Below are positions 38,831 to 52,433 of a stretch of 64,000 nucleotides of DNA, in pieces (position 1 is the stretch's first letter; the number at the start of each line of letters is the position of its first letter). Source of the DNA: Eledone cirrhosa. Taxonomy: Eukaryota. The stretch is from positions 157,542,001-157,606,000 of the forward strand of contig OZ024741.1 of the NCBI GenBank assembly GCA_964016885.1. The letters are read 5' to 3'. A model generated the notes under the pieces. It saw only the letters and a program-made list of their open reading frames with translations. It was not told where the DNA came from and searched no databases. The translations under genes and the position numbers were made by a program.

Positions 38831-39369
38831 TGTTGTGTTACTCAGATGCTAAGCCAGTTTAAAACCCAGTTTATGTCTCATTGCAGCAGTATTCATGTGA
38901 AATAAGACTCTACTAAATGTATAATATGACGAACATAACTGAAAGAGTGTGTGCTGTAATAGTATATAACAGTTGCCACTATCATAAATCAAAAGGTGTG
39001 TTTACTTTGTGATATTTAACCAGTAAGCTGAGAAAGAGAAAACAGCACAGCTGTCCATATAGAACAACCAGAACAATCAGCTTGGTCAAGAGCGGAAGGT
39101 TGTGTACATTGACTCTGACTCACATAAGCATTTACCAATAACAGCATAGTCACAGCCATGGTAGATAAATTATTTGTCTTTTACATATATGCAGGCGCAT
39201 GCACGCACACACAAGCACACTCGCATACACACATATGCCTACATGTGTGTGTGTTTGTGCATATGTTTATATCTACAGCAGCTAGATGAACCATTCAAGC
39301 TGAAACTTTGAATTCAGCCACTTTTCTACTTTAAAAAATTAATTCTTATATATACACACATATAAAATG

Positions 39370-39705
39370 GAGGCACATGGCTTAGTGGTTAGAGCATTGG
39401 CCTTGCAATCGAAAGGTTGTGAGTTCAATTCTTAGACCAGGTGATGTGTTGTTTCCTTGAGCAAGGCACTTTATTTCACATTGCTCCAGTTTACTCAGCT
39501 GTAGAAATGAGATGATAGGGACTGGGGTCCCTATCATTCTACTGCAAAGTGGTCGTGGAGGTGCCACGGCAAAAAAGCACCCAGCATTCACTGTAAATGA
39601 GGTTGGTGTTAGGAAGGGCATCCAGCTGTAGAAATCAAGCCAGAATCAGTTCCCGTCCCACCCTTGCAAGCAGGGAAAAGTGGACGTAAAATGAAATGAC
39701 GATGA
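39370..39705 (+). mobile_element. CORE-type SINE (family B), followed by a decayed RTE fragment to ~39985
   Basis: Near-identical to 16299-16637. Confidence 0.85.
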
Positions 39706-42700
39706 AATAATACACAAATGGCAAAGCATAAATGAACTGCAAGAGAAATTAGACATAAGAGGGATCAAATGCAGTGTGCAGGAGTAGAGATTACATTAGT
39801 ATGGACATGTGATGCGTATGAAGGATGACAGCTGTATAAAAAGATGCAGAGTGCTCAAAGTTGATGGAAACAATGGAGTGGGCAGGCCTAAGGAGACTTG
39901 GGATGAGCTGATAAAAGCTGACCTTGCACCTCTCAAAGGCGATGACACAGGACCTTGATCTCTGGTGCTATGCAGTAATATAGAAGAGACAGTTTTGTAT
40001 ATAGTTCTTGGTGGTAAGAATCACATTTATTGCTTGGCCATTTTCATCAAACCCCTTCCAAGAGTTGGAAGAAATTATGCTAACTACATCCTTAGTGGCA
40101 TTGTAGATTTAATCACAGGTTGTTTCTTTTAGGTATTTTATTGTTTCAGGTGTATAATGGACATCCGTCAGTCATGCTAAACTAGCTAGAAAGATTGAAG
40201 AAGCAGGCAATGTTTAGGTCACCTTTACTAGACCCCTCCAAATTTACTGATGAGCAGTGCTATCCCAAAAATGCTGCACAGTCACCCTTGGAGCAGCTGA
40301 AAGTCATCTCTGTCTCAAATCCGTGAATTAGTGACTTTTTTTATCTACCAAGAGCCGCCAGTGTACAGGTTGGCAGCTACGTACCTCTAGTTCAGCCTAT
40401 CAGACCTATACACATCACCACCTTCCAATCACCACTGGATTTCAAAAGTCAAGAACACAAGACATTAAGTGTTAAGTGTCAGCAATTCCCGTGCAAGGGT
40501 TTTATGACTAGTGTGGCTTGCACAACACCACAATAACTCTCACTAGCAATACCAAGAAACCCAGGGATAAGCAAAGTGTAAGATATCTGGCTCAGTAGAG
40601 CAGCGGGTTTTATATATGAGTTAGACTTCTGCTAGAGGGATGCCATGAGGTACCTCACTCCCAGTGGGCTTACTGTGCCCTCTCAGACACCAACCCACAT
40701 ATTTCTATGATCTAGCATATGTACATACTATTGGATGGCTATTGACTCTCATGAGTTCATTCACCCTTTGTTGGGTTTTGTTTTTCATTTCACAGGGTGT
40801 CCAAAATATATCAAAACCTAATACATATCAACAGCACTGTTTACAGGATCTGTGAATACAGCATGGCCAAATGGTAAATAAGTTCACTTCACAATCAAAA
40901 GGTCCTGGGTTTCATACCAGCACATGACATCTTGGGTATGTGTCAACTCAAGCTTATGAGTGAAATTGGGTAAGTGGAAACTGCTTAAATGCCTGTCTGA
41001 TTGACTGTACCAGTAGTTCAAAGGGCCTGCCTTGTCACATTCTGTTACACCGAATCTCACTGAGAATTACACTATGGATACATGTGTCTGTAAAATAATC
41101 AGCCACATGCATGTTAATCTCCCATGCAAGCTGTTCCATTCATCAAACAACTGGAACATTCACCATTGATATTGATGCAGATCCACACATCCTAATAGGA
41201 TCTATTTGAAATGAAGAGTGTTATAGAAGAATCTAGAACTAATAGGAAGCCAAATATGAGATCAACAATTGGTTTCCTGAGATTGAATACTTAACATGTA
41301 AATGCACTTAACTTTTGCTTGTTGTAAATAGGTAGTTGTAGGGTAGGAACAATATGTTTTTTGCAAGTACTGGTTAGAAGCATAAAACAGAAGAGTGACT
41401 CATTTGCTTGCAGATTTTTGACTATATCTTTTAGATATAGCCTTTTTTTTCTTTTATTGTTTTGTCAGGGAAAGGCAGTGCCCACAAATCTTTAGGGCCT
41501 CTGTGACTGGTAGAAGAGAGGGAAGAAGAAATATAGTCTCAGACAAGAGACCTGGCCTGAATGCTTGCAACAAAGTGGAATTTGCTAAAGCTAACTTATG
41601 GTGCTGTTAAACCAGATGATGGATTAAGGCATCCACCCTTGCAGACAATAACAGGATTTGAACTCAAAATGCGAAAAGCTGGAACAGATACTAGGAACTA
41701 ATAATGAAACCTTTATTTACAAAGTTGTTTGACCTGCTATATTGAGCAGCTAAGTCGCTCTGGAACTTAACTCCACATCTTAGTCATTTACTTACATGTC
41801 ATAGATCTGAGACTTCAAGACTAACTAAGATACACACAATAAGACAAACAACAACACCAACAAAATCAATCAACAGGAAGCCTCAACATGGCTATCAATC
41901 TGCTAAAAATAGCAACCAAATCTCCTTCTTATCACATCCTATTATCTTCGGAAAGTAAAAGACACATTGGATATTATAATTTAATGTAACCTGAAAAATA
42001 TGTGATGGTCGTGGTTGCAATCTCTTTGATCATAAGTCTACTCAAACAGAGTTGACCTGGGGTTAAATAGCAACAACAAACACAAATGAAACACCAACGT
42101 ATTTAAAATAGGTGTGACAGTGTGTGATACCTCAGTTTTATATAAACTAGTATTTTTTCAACACGCTGATGTGTATGCATATATATGTGTGAATGTGAGT
42201 GTATGTCCATAAGCAATCATTTATATGTATGAGTATATGAATATAAACACGCAAACACAGACACACTCACAAAAATACACACTCACAGACATACATTCAC
42301 ACAAACACATACAAACACATACACTCACGCACACCATAGCAAATGAAACGCCAGCCACTGTTTTGCTATAGTTTTTTCACCATTCCCTTCCTTCCTTTTA
42401 CACACACATACATTCACACAAACACACACACACATTGTAGGACAGACAGATAGAAGTTGCTCAAATCTATACATAGATTAAATATATAATAATTTCTTGC
42501 AATCAATAAGTAAATCACAAAACATCTTTGCCACATAGCAGTGTTGGGAAAATATGCTGTTATAACCTGTTACATGATTTTGTATGAGTGAATGTCGTCT
42601 GTGTAGTTAAAATTCAGGCTTAGTAATTTTAGTGTGATCAAAGCAAGACAAGTCAAAAATTAGTTTTGTCAGCTTACCAAATTGTAAGTTGAAAATATAT

Positions 42701-42741
42701 CTTGTGGAGAATGGGGTATATAACTGGGAGAAGGGGGTACA

Positions 42742-42907
42742 CAGTGCTGGATTTAACATTGTGCTTAAGTGTGCTTAAGCACAGAGCCCTGTTGGCTAGG
42801 GGAGGCCATCTTCCTGCCCCCAAAAGTTTTTACTTCCTTCAGGGCCCAAGTAAGAGGCCTCATAACTTAACTAGCACAGGACCTCATTTGTCCTAAATCT
42901 GGCACTG
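42742..42907. mobile_element. Small hAT-like MITE
   Basis: TIRs CAGTGCTGGATTTA / TAAATCTGGCACTG. No matching TSD found. Confidence 0.5.
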
Positions 42908-43156
42908 CAGGCATGCGATGTAGGGCTAGTTAAGGACATTAAATACCCAGGTGTCAGCCCAGTTTGCATGACATTATAATGGCCTATGTTATGGTTGTTG
43001 ATTTTGAAGAACAGCGATATTTCAATGAGGGTGGCTACATCTAGATGAATGAGGGTAGTGTCAGGTTAACTGATGCAAGGGGTGATGAAGATGGGGATGA
43101 TGGTGGTGATGATGATGATGAGGATGATGGTGGTGATGATACATACATATACATAC

Positions 43157-44305
43157 ATCATCATCATCATCTTCGTTTAACGTCCATTTTCCACGTTAGC
43201 ATGGGTTAGACGGGAGTTGTCCCACTTGAGGCAAGGCTGGTCGGGTGACTGTGTCTCGCTCATATAGGACTATCTGGCAGGTTGTCTACGGCTGGATGCC
43301 CTTCCTAACACCAACCACATTTACAGTGTGGAACTGGGAACTTTTTACCGTGTTACCTACACGGCCACATTACAGCGTGGACTGTGTGTGTTTTTTGTCG
43401 TGACACCTACATGATATCGATCTCATTTTCTCGTGCTGTTGGTGGGAGTGGGAGGATAAGGTAGGGGTAGTGGATTGGGGTGCATATTTGGTTAAGAGGT
43501 GCCTACTAACTGTAGGTTTCGCTTTGTACATAGGCAAGGCGGGTCTTCTGTATTACTGCGTAGCACCAAAGATCTCGGTCCAGAGACATTGTCTTAGAGA
43601 GATGTAAGTGTGTGAGGTCGGAATTTATCAGATCATCCCAGATTTTTCTGGGTCTACCTACTCCGTAACTACCATCAATTTTGATCACCCTGCACTTTTT
43701 TATGCAGCTGTCGTCTTTCAGGCACATCACGTGACCATACCAACGTAATCTTCTCTCGAGTAAACAGCATCTGATCCCTCTTATTCCTAATTTCTCACTT
43801 AGTTCATTTATGCTTTGCCGTTCACGTATATTACTATTACACATCCAACGGAGCGTGCATGCTTCGTTCCTTTCCAGTCTACGCAGGTCCTCTGCATGTA
43901 ATGCCCATGTCTCACTGCCATGTAGCATTGCTGTTCGTATACAGGCATCATACAATCTGCCTTTCATTTTTAGAGAGAAACCTTTTGTGGCCAACAGTGG
44001 TATAAGCTCTCTGAACTTTTTCCATCCCGTTCTGAGTCTGGCTACTGTACTTTCAGAACACCCTCCACCACTGCTGATTTCGTCACCCAGGTAACGGAAA
44101 GTGTCCACTATTTCTATAGAACCATCTGGGCAATAGAAGGAGCTATATCCCTTGGACACTTGCTACTTATTACACCTGAGCATTGGCCACATATAAAGTC
44201 TACGTTCTTAGATAGTTTACCTGTGATCCCACTACATCTTTTATGTACCCATACTCTGCATTTGGGACATAAAATGGAATTTCTGCCTACTCCTTTCCTA
44301 CACAC
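43157..44305 (-). mobile_element. RTE-clade LINE, 5'-truncated
   Basis: ORF 43506-44159 (IEIVDTFRYLG..GRLYDACIRTAMLHGSETW..RRLRWYGHV). Upstream CSVCRKGVGRNSILC..C..WVHKRC. Ends in a (GAT)n tail. Confidence 0.88.
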
Positions 44306-44432
44306 TGAGCATATACATATACATATACATGCATACGTATACATACATATGCATACATATACATACAAACATATACATTCATATATACACATACATACAT
44401 ACATTAATACATACATACACGCACATACATAC

Positions 44433-45022
44433 ATGTCATCTCTCTACTACCTCCCTGTGACACACGATGTGATAGCTAGAACCATCTGGAGCGCACTTAG
44501 GAAAATAAAATTAAAAACAAATGAGGAGGAATATGTTGAGACAGATGGCACTAAGGAATACTGGTGGAATCTGGAAATAAAAACTTCCAACAAATTAAAG
44601 CACAACCGTCCTAGTATTATTGTTTGGGACCACGCATTGAAAACGTGCTCTGTTGTAGATATCAGCTGCCCACTTGATGTCAACGTTGTAAGAAAAATAC
44701 AGGAGAAGGAGGACATCTATGGACCATTGATGAGGAGTTTGCAAATCCAGTATCCAAGATACACTTTCAGCTTCATACCCATCATTATTGGAGCTACAGG
44801 TTATATACCAACCCGCTTGGACCAAAGTATGACTGAACTTGGATTTGTGGTCAAAGAGCGCAGCTCCCTAATTCATTGATTATGCTGCGATATCTGGCAC
44901 CTTCAAAATTTACAAAACATTCTTGCGATTCAAGGGATGACAATTTCTTTTCTTTTACAGCCTTGCCACCAGGAAGGTGGCCGGTCAAAAATGTACTCGA
45001 AATTAAGAGAAAGAGAAACACA
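44433..45022 (+). mobile_element. Third R4-type RLE element 3' fragment, in (CATA)n
   Basis: YLPVTHDVIAR..YWWNLEIKT..KHNRPSIIVWD..VVDISCP..EKEDIY..IPIIIGATG. CATA repeats on both sides. Confidence 0.75.
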
Positions 45023-45305
45023 TTAATACATACATATATACATATATACATACATACTTATACACAAATACATACACATACATTCACATATGAATGAATG
45101 AAATTATGTGCATATATATATGTGTGTGTATGTGAAACAGGGTTTCATTGACATCAGAGATATTTATGTTAAATGTTGCGTAGCTGTAAACTTCCTGCCA
45201 ACCTTTGCCCCCATGGCCATCACCACCCTCACTTACTGTAAAATCTTATATGTATATGATGTTTGTATAAGCAGCCTTTTATTTATACAATTACAAACTA
45301 CACTA

Positions 45306-45382
<77 letters not shown>

Positions 45383-45721
45383 CACACATATACACACACA
45401 GATTCGTGCACATATGAGCCAGTGAGCAAGCCTCAATGTGCTTACTCGAAATATTAGAAATAACAGCTCAAATACTTATTCTACCATCTTAAAATAGAGA
45501 CTTCTTTCAGTTTCAAAGATGAGCATTCCACTGGTTTGGTCAATAGAATGGCTTGCTAGAATACATACATATGTAGATAACCAGAGAGATAAACAAGCTG
45601 AGAAATTAAGAGACCGTTAGACAAACATACAACCATATATGTCATCTATTAGTCATGTTTTTTTTATAATTAATGAGATAGATACTAAGTAATTTGGTAA
45701 ATGAAAATAATTATATGTATT

Positions 45722-46878
45722 CAGGGTAGTTGCTGAGATGCTGAAAGCATCTGGGATGGTGGGTCACTCCATAACCACCCATATCGTAAACCAGTTGATA
45801 CAAAATTGGGTCATACCCAGCAACTGCTACAAGTGAAAGGGAATGAGGAAACTATAGAGGCATCAAGTTGTCTGACCAGGTCATAAAAGTTACAGAATGA
45901 GTTGTTGATTAGGCACCAGGTTAATCTCGATGAGATGTGGTTCAGATTTGTGCCAGGTAAAAGCACCATAGATGCTCTTTTTCTTGTGAAGCAGCTGCAG
46001 GAAAAGTACCTAGCTAAAAGTAAGTCACTCTACCTGACATTTGTTGATCTGGAGAAAGATTTTGACAGAGTCTCTGATGCCATAATCTGGTGGGCTCTTA
46101 GAAGACTAGGAGTAGACAAATGTTTTGTGAGGGCAGTTCAGTCATGTACAGAGGAGCAGAGAGCAACGATTATAATGAGGAATTTAGGGTGAAAGTGAAG
46201 GTCCATAAAGGGTATGCTCTTTGGCCCCTCCTGTTTATTATCATCCTGCAATCCATAATGGAAGAGTTCAGAACTGGCTGCCTGAGAAACTGTGCATAAG
46301 AGAACTCAGATGCAGTGTGCTTAAGAGAAGATTGTGTCGGTATGGACATCGGATGCATATAAAGGATGACATCTGCAGGGGGCTTGAAATTGAAGGAAGC
46401 TATTGAAGAGGAAGAACTATGAAAGCATGGGATAAAGTGATAAAATTTGACCTCACACAATTAAATCTCTCAAAAGCAATCCCCACAATTCTGCTGAAAT
46501 GACTAAAAGCTCTCAGTTTATCCTGTAAGGTACTCAAACTGGTGACATAAGAAAAATCCCTAGTCCACCTGGTAAGGTACTCATGTTAGTGACATAATAA
46601 AAGAACAGCCATTTCACCCTGTAAGGTGATCATATTGGTGACACAGCAAAAAGTACCCAGTCCAACCTGTCATTTAGTAGTATCGGTGCCACGATAAAAT
46701 GCACCCAGTCCACACTGTAAATGTGGTTGGCATTAGGAAGGGTATCCAATCCTAGAAACCAAGCCAAAACCAGTTCTGTATGAGCAAGACATGGTCACAT
46801 GACTTTTCTCAAAATGAGACAACTTGTCTAACCCATACTAGCATGGGAAATGGACATTAATTATGATGATGATGATGA
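45722..46878 (+). mobile_element. Old, internally deleted RTE LINE with tandemly expanded 3'UTR
   Basis: FVPGKSTIDALFLVKQLQEKY..FVDLEKDFDRV, followed by an RTE tail. Confidence 0.7.
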
Positions 46879-46993
46879 TATATATATATATATGTCTTAC
46901 TCCATCTTGTTTTTGTGAGCTGTGCACTTGAGCTGTGCATACATTATATCTAGGTTCACGTATGTGTTTCAACACGCTTTCAAATAAAAAGTT

Positions 46994-49626
46994 TTGCGAA
47001 ACAAATACAAATATATATATATATACTTTAACACCCTCTTATCATTACACCTGAGCCAGGACTTGTTTGCACCCATAAGGGACCTATTCAGACTATCGGA
47101 GAATCGTGCCAAACTCGGTTGCCAAATTACCTTCTTAAAACGCTGCCTAAAGAACAACATCATTCCAACCACCATCAGGAATATACATCTACCCGAATGT
47201 TTACGATCACCATCCTTCGAAAACACCATCCGCCACATTCAACGCACGTTTATCAAGAAAATACTACGACACAACCACCACCAACTGCGACTCCATATAC
47301 AAACGCTTTCCGAGCACATAGATCGTATAGCTCCAACCCTCACCCCTGACCACCAGGTCCAGGAAATACGCAAAGCTATAGATCAGTGTTACCACACCAG
47401 AGTCAAATATGATAAACAGCGCCTTATACGGAAATACGAATGGACTGTAAACAAATACTACAATGACAACATCCGCTCCCACAGACGGACCGACTACAAC
47501 CACACCAGGGGCAACAGCTATACAACACCCTCCGCTACACCCCCCAACATCGATCTACCTACGATGCTTCACACCTCGTTACCGACCTAACCGGTACCCT
47601 CACCAACGACGAACTCGAACTTCTGCGCCTCGGACCCAAGTTCATCATTACACAGCGTCTCGATATCGAAACCAACTTCTGTCGGACAGCATATCAACTG
47701 AAATGGCTAACCGCCATCCAAAACAACACCGAGATCGATTACAACCCCACAACCCACCCCACACTCCCCACGTATCACCTCGACAACCCACTCCACCCCC
47801 CACCCACCAACCACGAACTTGACACTAAACTACTCAGGTTGAAACATTCTATCTCTAACATCCTTTCCCAACACACACACACACAATAAACGCAACCTCA
47901 CCAATGCACAATTTAATACTCTCACCAACCTAAGATCCAGGAACCTTGTGTACCTTCCCTCTGACAAGGGGAAAGAATTCTGTGTCATCTCGAGAGAGAC
48001 CTACAACAACTTAGCTCTCCAACATCTTAATGACCACAGCCTCTACTCGAAAGTCACAGGGACCTCCTCGACTCTAATCGAGGAAGGCATTAACACCATA
48101 TGGACTAACATCTGTGTCCAACGAAAACTGCCAAAGAAGGTAAAAAACAACATAATGACTCGAAACAGTAAACTACCCACCTTCTACCACCTGGTTAAAA
48201 CACATAAACAAGGACCCGATTTGAAAATCAGGCCCATTGTCTCTAGCGTGGAGGGCCCACTCTACAAAATATCGTGGCTGCTCTCCACACTACTGAAACC
48301 CATTCTACACACACTACCAGCCCACGTCTGCAGCTCAAAGGAGGTCTTGGAGCGACTACACCATCTGGCGCCCAACACCAGAAAGGACAACGGTTATGCC
48401 TTCAGTCTTGATGTGGTCGCCCTTTATACCTCCGTACCAGCATCCCCAGCTGTCGACCTGTTGACCGAACGAGTCCGAGCATCTAACTTACACTGCTTCG
48501 GACTCACACACACGGACATCCACCAACTCCTCTCCTTCGTTGTGGATAATGCACTCTTCAATTTCCTCGGCCACACGTACAAACAAATCTCTGGGCTACC
48601 TATGGGCTCTAGTCTGTCCGGCATACTTGCGATCTCGTACATGGACCACCTGGAACGCAAGGCACTCAATACCTGCCAACCCAACGCCGTCGCCTTCTAC
48701 TCCAGATACGTTGATGACATCCTGATACTTACTTCTTCCCGTGAGATGGCGAATGAAATTCACCAAATCTTCAACGATACTGACCATCACGTCGATTTCA
48801 CCATCGAACACCCAGGAGAAGACGGGTCACTCGCCCTCCTCGACTTCCGTGTCAACATCTCGGAAGAAGGAGACATAAACACCACCTTCTACCGCAAAGC
48901 AGCGTGCAAGGACTTATTTGTGCATTACAACTCAGCCCTCCCCAACAACGCTAAGAGAGGCTATGTCCTAAATGAACTGACACGGATCACTAACAGATGC
49001 AGCGACCCGATGGGTGGTCTCACCTATACCACGCAATTCCGTAATCTACTCAGATCTAATGGTTATCCCAAGCGACTGATTAACGGAATTAGAGACCCAG
49101 ACCCAATAGACAGACACCCACTAGAAACTTAAATAAAAGCAGGTGCTTCTTTAAAATCCCCCACCTGAGTGAATATACCACGAACGCCATCCGCAGGGCC
49201 ATACGGACGGAGGGACTTGACATACATTTGGCCCACACAGGACCTTCGCTGCGAAGATGCCTCTCCAACAAACCCGATGAGTCAGATGGGACGTGTTCCC
49301 TCAGCAACTGCCCGATACGGGGGGCAGATTGCCTACGCACCTATGTCGTATATAAGATTCAATGCGATAAATGTAACAAGTTTTACATAGGTAGCACCAT
49401 CCGACCCCTACATGTTCGTATCAAGGAACATATCAACACCAACGCATCTTCCTTCCGTAAACACATCCTTAAATGCGGAAACCCACAGGGTAGACCCTTG
49501 GTCACAGTCCTAGCGACTGAACGCAGCATCGGATCCTTAAGGATAAAGGAAGCACTTGTTATTAAGAACCTCAGACCCCCACTTAACAACCGGGCTGAGA
49601 GAAATGAGCTGACATGGCTAACTTAA
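46994..49626 (+). mobile_element. Penelope-like element (RT + GIY-YIG), near full length, about 3 frameshifts
   Basis: N-term FLKRCLKNNIIP, LLRLGPKF, PSDKG, KTHK..IRPIVS, SLDVVALYTSV, QISGLPMGSSLSG, RYVDD, LDF..TTFYRK. GIY-YIG VVYKIQCDKCNKFYIGST..RIKEH..LRIKEALVI..LN. Confidence 0.92.
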
Positions 49627-50229
49627 CCATAGTGACCATTCACAGCCTACGGCCTGCTATCTTCACACACACGCACGTATATGCATACCCATACGCATAC
49701 ACACACACATCTATATTTATACACGCACACATGTTTTTACAACCTACCACCTTTCACACCCTTTGATTTCCAGCTTCTACAGCCCACTATCTTTCACACA
49801 CACACGCACTCACACATATACACACACAGTTACACACACATGTATACCCATACGCTTACACACACACATCTATATTTATACACGCACACATGTTTTACAA
49901 CCTACCACCTTTCACACCCTTTGATTTCCAGCTTCTACAGCCCACTATCTTTCACACACACACACACTCACACATATACACACTTACACTTATACACACA
50001 CAGTTACACACACATATATATTTACACACACATATTTTACGGCTTTCACACGCTAGCGCACCCTCTTGATTTAACCCATTTGGTCAGTAGCTTTTGCCAC
50101 AGCCTATCACGCGCACGCGCATTCTTTCCCTCGTTTAAATTTTAAATAATGTTCTCCCCATAACGACATTCCTGTCTTAACGACATCACAACTTTCTCCG
50201 CTTGGCCTGTTCCCCCTCTTTTGGAACTT

Positions 50230-50265
50230 TCCCCCGTTGATGGGCGTGAGCCCGAAATATTGGGA
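50230..50265 (+). ncRNA. Hammerhead-like motif in the Penelope 3' terminal region (variant core)
   Basis: tccc CCGTTGA t gggc-GTGA-gccc GAAA ta TT^ ggga. Confidence 0.5.
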
Positions 50266-50569
50266 TTAAATCTCCACTACGGTAACCCTTCTACCTTTGT
50301 TTTGTTTTCATCTTTGTCTCTCTCAATTTTCACTTTCACCTGTTTCTCCTATCTATCATTCACTTCCTACCTCGAGATTTCCCTCTGCATTGTTGTGGCT
50401 TTCTTAACTACGTATTTTATATATATATATATATATTATAAGAAGACTTAATAATCATCACTCGAGGGTGGCTGACCGGGCTAGAAGCTGCTAAATGTTT
50501 GGCTGCCCTCATGTCTATGCTTTTCAGCCCCATGGATTTTGTCTATTATATTCCTTTGTTATATTTCGA

Positions 50570-50627
50570 ATACCTGATGATATCACCGGATTCATACTGA
50601 ACCCAGTTATTGAAATGATCATAGTAT
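50570..50627 (+). ncRNA. Type-I hammerhead ribozyme motif (family H4)
   Basis: atac CTGATGA tatcaccggattca-tac-tgaacccagttatt GAAA tgatca TA^ gtat. Confidence 0.65.
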
Positions 50628-51062
50628 AATAAACCTTTTAAGGAATTACACCAGTCCAGCCTCCTGTTATTTTATAATAATTATTTATGTTTTTATTTAT
50701 TCGCTTTACTCTCATTATATACTTATCCTTGTACTCATTAGCACACAACCCTAGAATATTACTCTCTGTTTATCTGTATTCACTCCCCTTACCCACCCAA
50801 GAACCACACTACATATAACCTGGACTAACTGGGGACTAAATATAGTCTATTGACACATTTCATCAGATTTTACCACTTTCAACTTCACATCACGAGTGTG
50901 AATAACTAATAATCGTTTGGTACACGCGATGATCCGACTGATGTGGCGGCTTTCCCGACTGCACGCCAGGCGCTCGGGTCAATCACCCTTCCTAGAGTGC
51001 TTGGAAAAATTAAATTTCCCCTTCTTTCGGTAAACGAAAATACTCGGAACGGCTGTTACGTC

Positions 51063-51420
51063 TGTAGCGGTTGTCTCCCTTGTTTGGATTAACGTCTGGA
51101 CGGGAAGTGGGGCCCTTTCTGTAACTTCCGGTCAGAGCCCTATAAAACTAACAACTTAAAGCTCTCTTTCTCTCATTGCCTTTTCGGCACCAGGTCAAGA
51201 GCCTCTCATTAGGCTCTGCCATTCATTTGGCCAACAGGCGCCTGGCCTTAGCCAGGCGTCCTCTGCCAGCCGCGTTTGCCTGGCAATCAAAACGGTAACT
51301 ACTAACTTTGCTTCATTCTACCATCCTCATCTTTGACATGTCAACTATACTATCTACCATTGTTAATTAAATATTATACAAACAAACAATGTATTCCTTG
51401 TTACATTCATACACACCAGT
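51063..51420 (+). mobile_element. Diverged, 3'-clipped solo copy of the LTR at 52622/54398
   Basis: Starts TGTAGCGGTTGTCTCCC and aligns for ~355 bp. Confidence 0.85.
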
Positions 51421-52375
51421 ACTCTTTGTCTTTTATATTATGTTGCATGTGCACCGATATTTATTTCCTAAACGTCCTTGGGCCCTGTGCGGGCTTGGAA
51501 TCCGCCGTGCCACCGGTTATTGACCGCCAAACAGTTCCTTTAAATTCTAGGCTTTATCATAACTTTTAACTTTATCATGCCTCCTTCTACTAGCACTCAA
51601 CTAAATCCCCCAACAGTGTGAATAACTAATAATCACTAGGTATATACGATAGCCAGCTGACGGTGGTGGACTTCCCGCTACCACACCCAACGCTTAAGAC
51701 AGTAAATATTCCTGGAGTGCTCGGAAAAATAAATTTCCCTTTCTTTCGCTAGACGAAAATACTCAGAACGGTTGACACACCTTTGGGCCTCGGGCTGGCC
51801 GGGAGTCTGCAACATTGCTAGTTAATGTCTGCTAAGCATGGGTTTAATCTTTACTCTATATTCCACCCTGAAACTTTATCGTGACTATCTATAATACACT
51901 TATACTTTTTCATAAAAGCCTCCTTCTGTAAATTCGTTAACTAAATCTCCCAACTTTAAACCTAAATCTTACTTTTCTAATTTCATCTTAAATGGCATCT
52001 TTTAACTCTAAACATAAATTTAACGTTTCTAATTGTTAATCATAATTTCTGACCATACACTATACTGTGCTGACGCCATATATATAGCTTTGTTGAAGAT
52101 ATATGGGTTTTTTTTAAATATTTTTCGCGGCACTTTCTAGCACTCCTGACCAGCTTGAATGTAACCTGATCTCACCGCTGGCCTCTGTCTATGACGGGAT
52201 GGTAGTAGTACACTATAAGCCTATGCCCCTTCACCACAAGGACATAAGAAGACTTAATAATCATCACTCGAGGGCGGTTGACCAGGCTAGAAGCTGCTAA
52301 ATGTTTGGCTGCCCTCATGTCTATGCTTTTTAGCCCCATGGATTTTGTCTATTATATTCCTTTGTTATATTTCGA

Positions 52376-52433
52376 ATACCTGATGATGTCACCGGATTCA
52401 TACTGAACCTGGTCATTGAAATGATCATACTAT
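52376..52433 (+). ncRNA. Type-I hammerhead ribozyme motif (family H4), second copy
   Basis: atac CTGATGA tgtcaccggattca-tac-tgaacctggtcatt GAAA tgatca TA^ ctat. One stem I mismatch. Confidence 0.55.
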
